64,000 nucleotides of DNA from Chrysomallon squamiferum (taxonomy: Eukaryota > Animalia > Mollusca): positions 3,286,001 through 3,350,000 of the forward strand of contig CM022667.1 in NCBI GenBank assembly GCA_012295275.1. The letters are read 5' to 3'. Below are positions 61,446 through 64,000 of this stretch, one piece after another; positions within the stretch are counted from its first letter, which is position 1, and each line of letters begins with the position of its first letter. The position numbers and the translations under genes were made by a program. Under the pieces are notes generated by a model. That model had not been told where the DNA came from and ran no database searches. It saw nothing but the letters and a program-made list of their open reading frames with translations.

Positions 61446-62878
61446 GTGTTTATTTATGTGTATGTGTGTTATAAAGCGATGTTCGTTTTTATTTTATTTT
61501 ATTTTATTTTATTTATTTGTTTGTTTATTTGTCTGTTTCTTTATTTGTTTGTTTTTCAAATTATTGTTTTGTTATAAGTTTTATTAGCATTATTTTAGTA
61601 AGTGAACATATTTAAAATAATATTATTTTACATCTGTCAGTATTGTAAGTATTAACATAAGTACTATTAGTATTAATATAAATATTATATTACTTTTCGT
61701 AATAACATTAATATTGTTGATATTACTATTAGTAAATAAATACTAATCTTAATACTGAAATTGGTACTAAATATAAAACTAATTTCAATACTATGTTTTA
61801 TGATTCGTTTTAATATATGCATTTATAAGCATTATTTAATGGTATTACTACTAGTATTAATATTAAAATTTGGATTAATATTAGTCTTAGTGTTAGTAAT
61901 AAAAGTTTGTCTGCAGAAGGAATGGTCGGTAGTCTAAATCTTTGCTCCCCTTTGTATGTTTGATAACATTAAGACTAGCATCATCATCATCATCAACAAC
62001 AGCAACATCTCAGTGATCTTATTAATACCATCACCATTACTATCACTGTCATCATTATTATTATTACTGCTCCTAATCATGTCTGTTATTATATCAACCA
62101 CTATCTGTATTTCTACGACTACTATGATTGCAACCATTTTTTTAAAAAATGTATTTATTTATTTATTTATTTATTTATTGTTGTTGTTGTTGTTATTTTT
62201 GTTGTTGTTGTTGTTGTTGTCGTCGTTGTTGTTATTGTTGTTACTGTTGTTGTTAGTATTATTGTTACTGTTTTTATTATTCTTGTTATTCTTGTTGTTG
62301 TTGTTGTCGTCGTTGTTGTTATTGTTGTTACTTTTATTATTATTATTAATGTTGTTGCGGTTCATATTTTTATTTTTATTATTATGATTATTATTATTAT
62401 TAATGACTGACATGTTAGTGAGTTTAGATAACAAAACTCTGTTTCAATACGGTACAACCTATTTATGTGACGAAATAGAAAACGTGTGAAAATTTAGGCG
62501 GGAACATTTTTATTTCTTAACCAGACGAACGTCATTATAAATGGCACGAGACTGACACGCGCGTCTGAACCACAATGAGGCTTGCGTGTCGTCTATTTAG
62601 AGTTCTAAAAAGTATGCAGATTAAATGCTATTAAAAGAAGCGACACGTTCTCATTTGTGTGGCATTTATCTCATGTTAAGTTGCGGTAGTTGTCTTTTTC
62701 GTGTTGTTTTTTGTTTTATGGGTTTTAGTTTGTTTTGTTTATGATGATTATTATTTATTTCAATTGTTTTATTTATTATTATTTTAATAACTAGATGGTA
62801 GGATAAATTTCTTGGGGTTAATTAGTGTGTTGTTTTGAACTGATAAATCTTTATATATTTTTATTTTTTATTTTTTTC

Positions 62879-62910
<32 letters not shown>

Positions 62911-63200
62911 TTTGGTTTCATTGTTGTTTATTTGCTTGATTCATTAAGGCGTTTTTCGCCCTGAGGTTTTCAATATTTAGTTACTGATTTTTGTCTCGTA
63001 TATTTATTTATTTATTTATTTATTTTTTATTTATATGGCTGGCTGGATGGATGGATTCGTTCTTTTAATTATAAAATTATTCCGTGTGTGTTTTTATCAC
63101 AGTAATATTAATATACAAATAGTATATTCAAAGAAGAAGAAAAAAAAAAGAAAAAGAATATGAATAATCTTTAAATATTCATGATGGCTTTATTTTGTTG

Positions 63201-63259
<59 letters not shown>

Positions 63260-63313
63260 TTTTTGCAAATACATTCTTCTTTTGTTAAATATATTTTATT
63301 TTAAAAAATTCTC

Positions 63314-63369
<56 letters not shown>

Positions 63370-64000
63370 CTTAGTTCTCCAAATTATTAACAAATCAGTA
63401 AATAGTCTCCAGAGTTATGGCCCTTGATGTAGTTTATTTTGTTTAAAAACAAGTAATAGTTCAACGAAGTAATTAAAAAAAACGTCGTTAAACTTAATAA
63501 ATGGAGGCTATTAATATAATTAGATTCTAGAGCTGTTTATGCAACAAAAAGGAGTTCGTAGGTTCCAATATAAACATAAACGAAAACAAAAAAGAAGTAA
63601 TTTTATGCATGTCTTTTTAATTTGTATATGAAGCCGATTTAAATGTCCATGTGGCGAGTTGTCAGTGCGTCTGATAACTGAGTAACGAACGGATTTGTAT
63701 CTTCGCGCTCATACAAGCGTGCGTATGTCTTTTTATTTGTCTGTTTGCGTGTGTACGTATGTCCTCAAGGTCGTGATAAAACTGCGAACGCTGAACAAAA
63801 AAAAAAAAAAAAAAACAACATGGCTATAAATCTCCTAGTGTCTCGAGTATCGTTATTATTCCAGATCGATAAATTGAAATTTGTTTGGGAAAACACGCAT
63901 CCGGTGTTGTTGTTTTCGGCTTAAAGTTCATTTGGTGTTTTCTATGCAGGCGCGGTAATAATGTCATAATAACTGCTAAGTACTCGTTCGCGCTTCGCGG

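Overview
AT-rich, microsatellite-dense animal genomic DNA; a mollusc/lophotrochozoan origin is my inference, not shown. Nearly the whole window is one minus-strand junctophilin gene with five coding exons: 59771-59387, 26113-25312, 10720-10602, 4724-3679 and 3216-3130. All introns are GT..AG with phases 1,2,1,0; the joined CDS is 2439 nt (812 aa): 8 MORN repeats, joining region, alpha-helix, divergent region and C-terminal TM anchor. The introns (33.3, 14.6, 5.9 and 0.46 kb) hold microsatellites, minisatellites, small duplications, a possible decayed mariner fragment and several islands of transcription-factor motifs (paired Rev-erb/ROR DR2, phased CCAAT boxes plus CRE, X-boxes, GTCACGTGAC palindromes). 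Most other ORFs in the track are microsatellite or GC3 artefacts. I cannot demonstrate a new multi-gene system. The best leads are regulatory or isoform-level, plus a sharp codon-composition switch inside exon 2.
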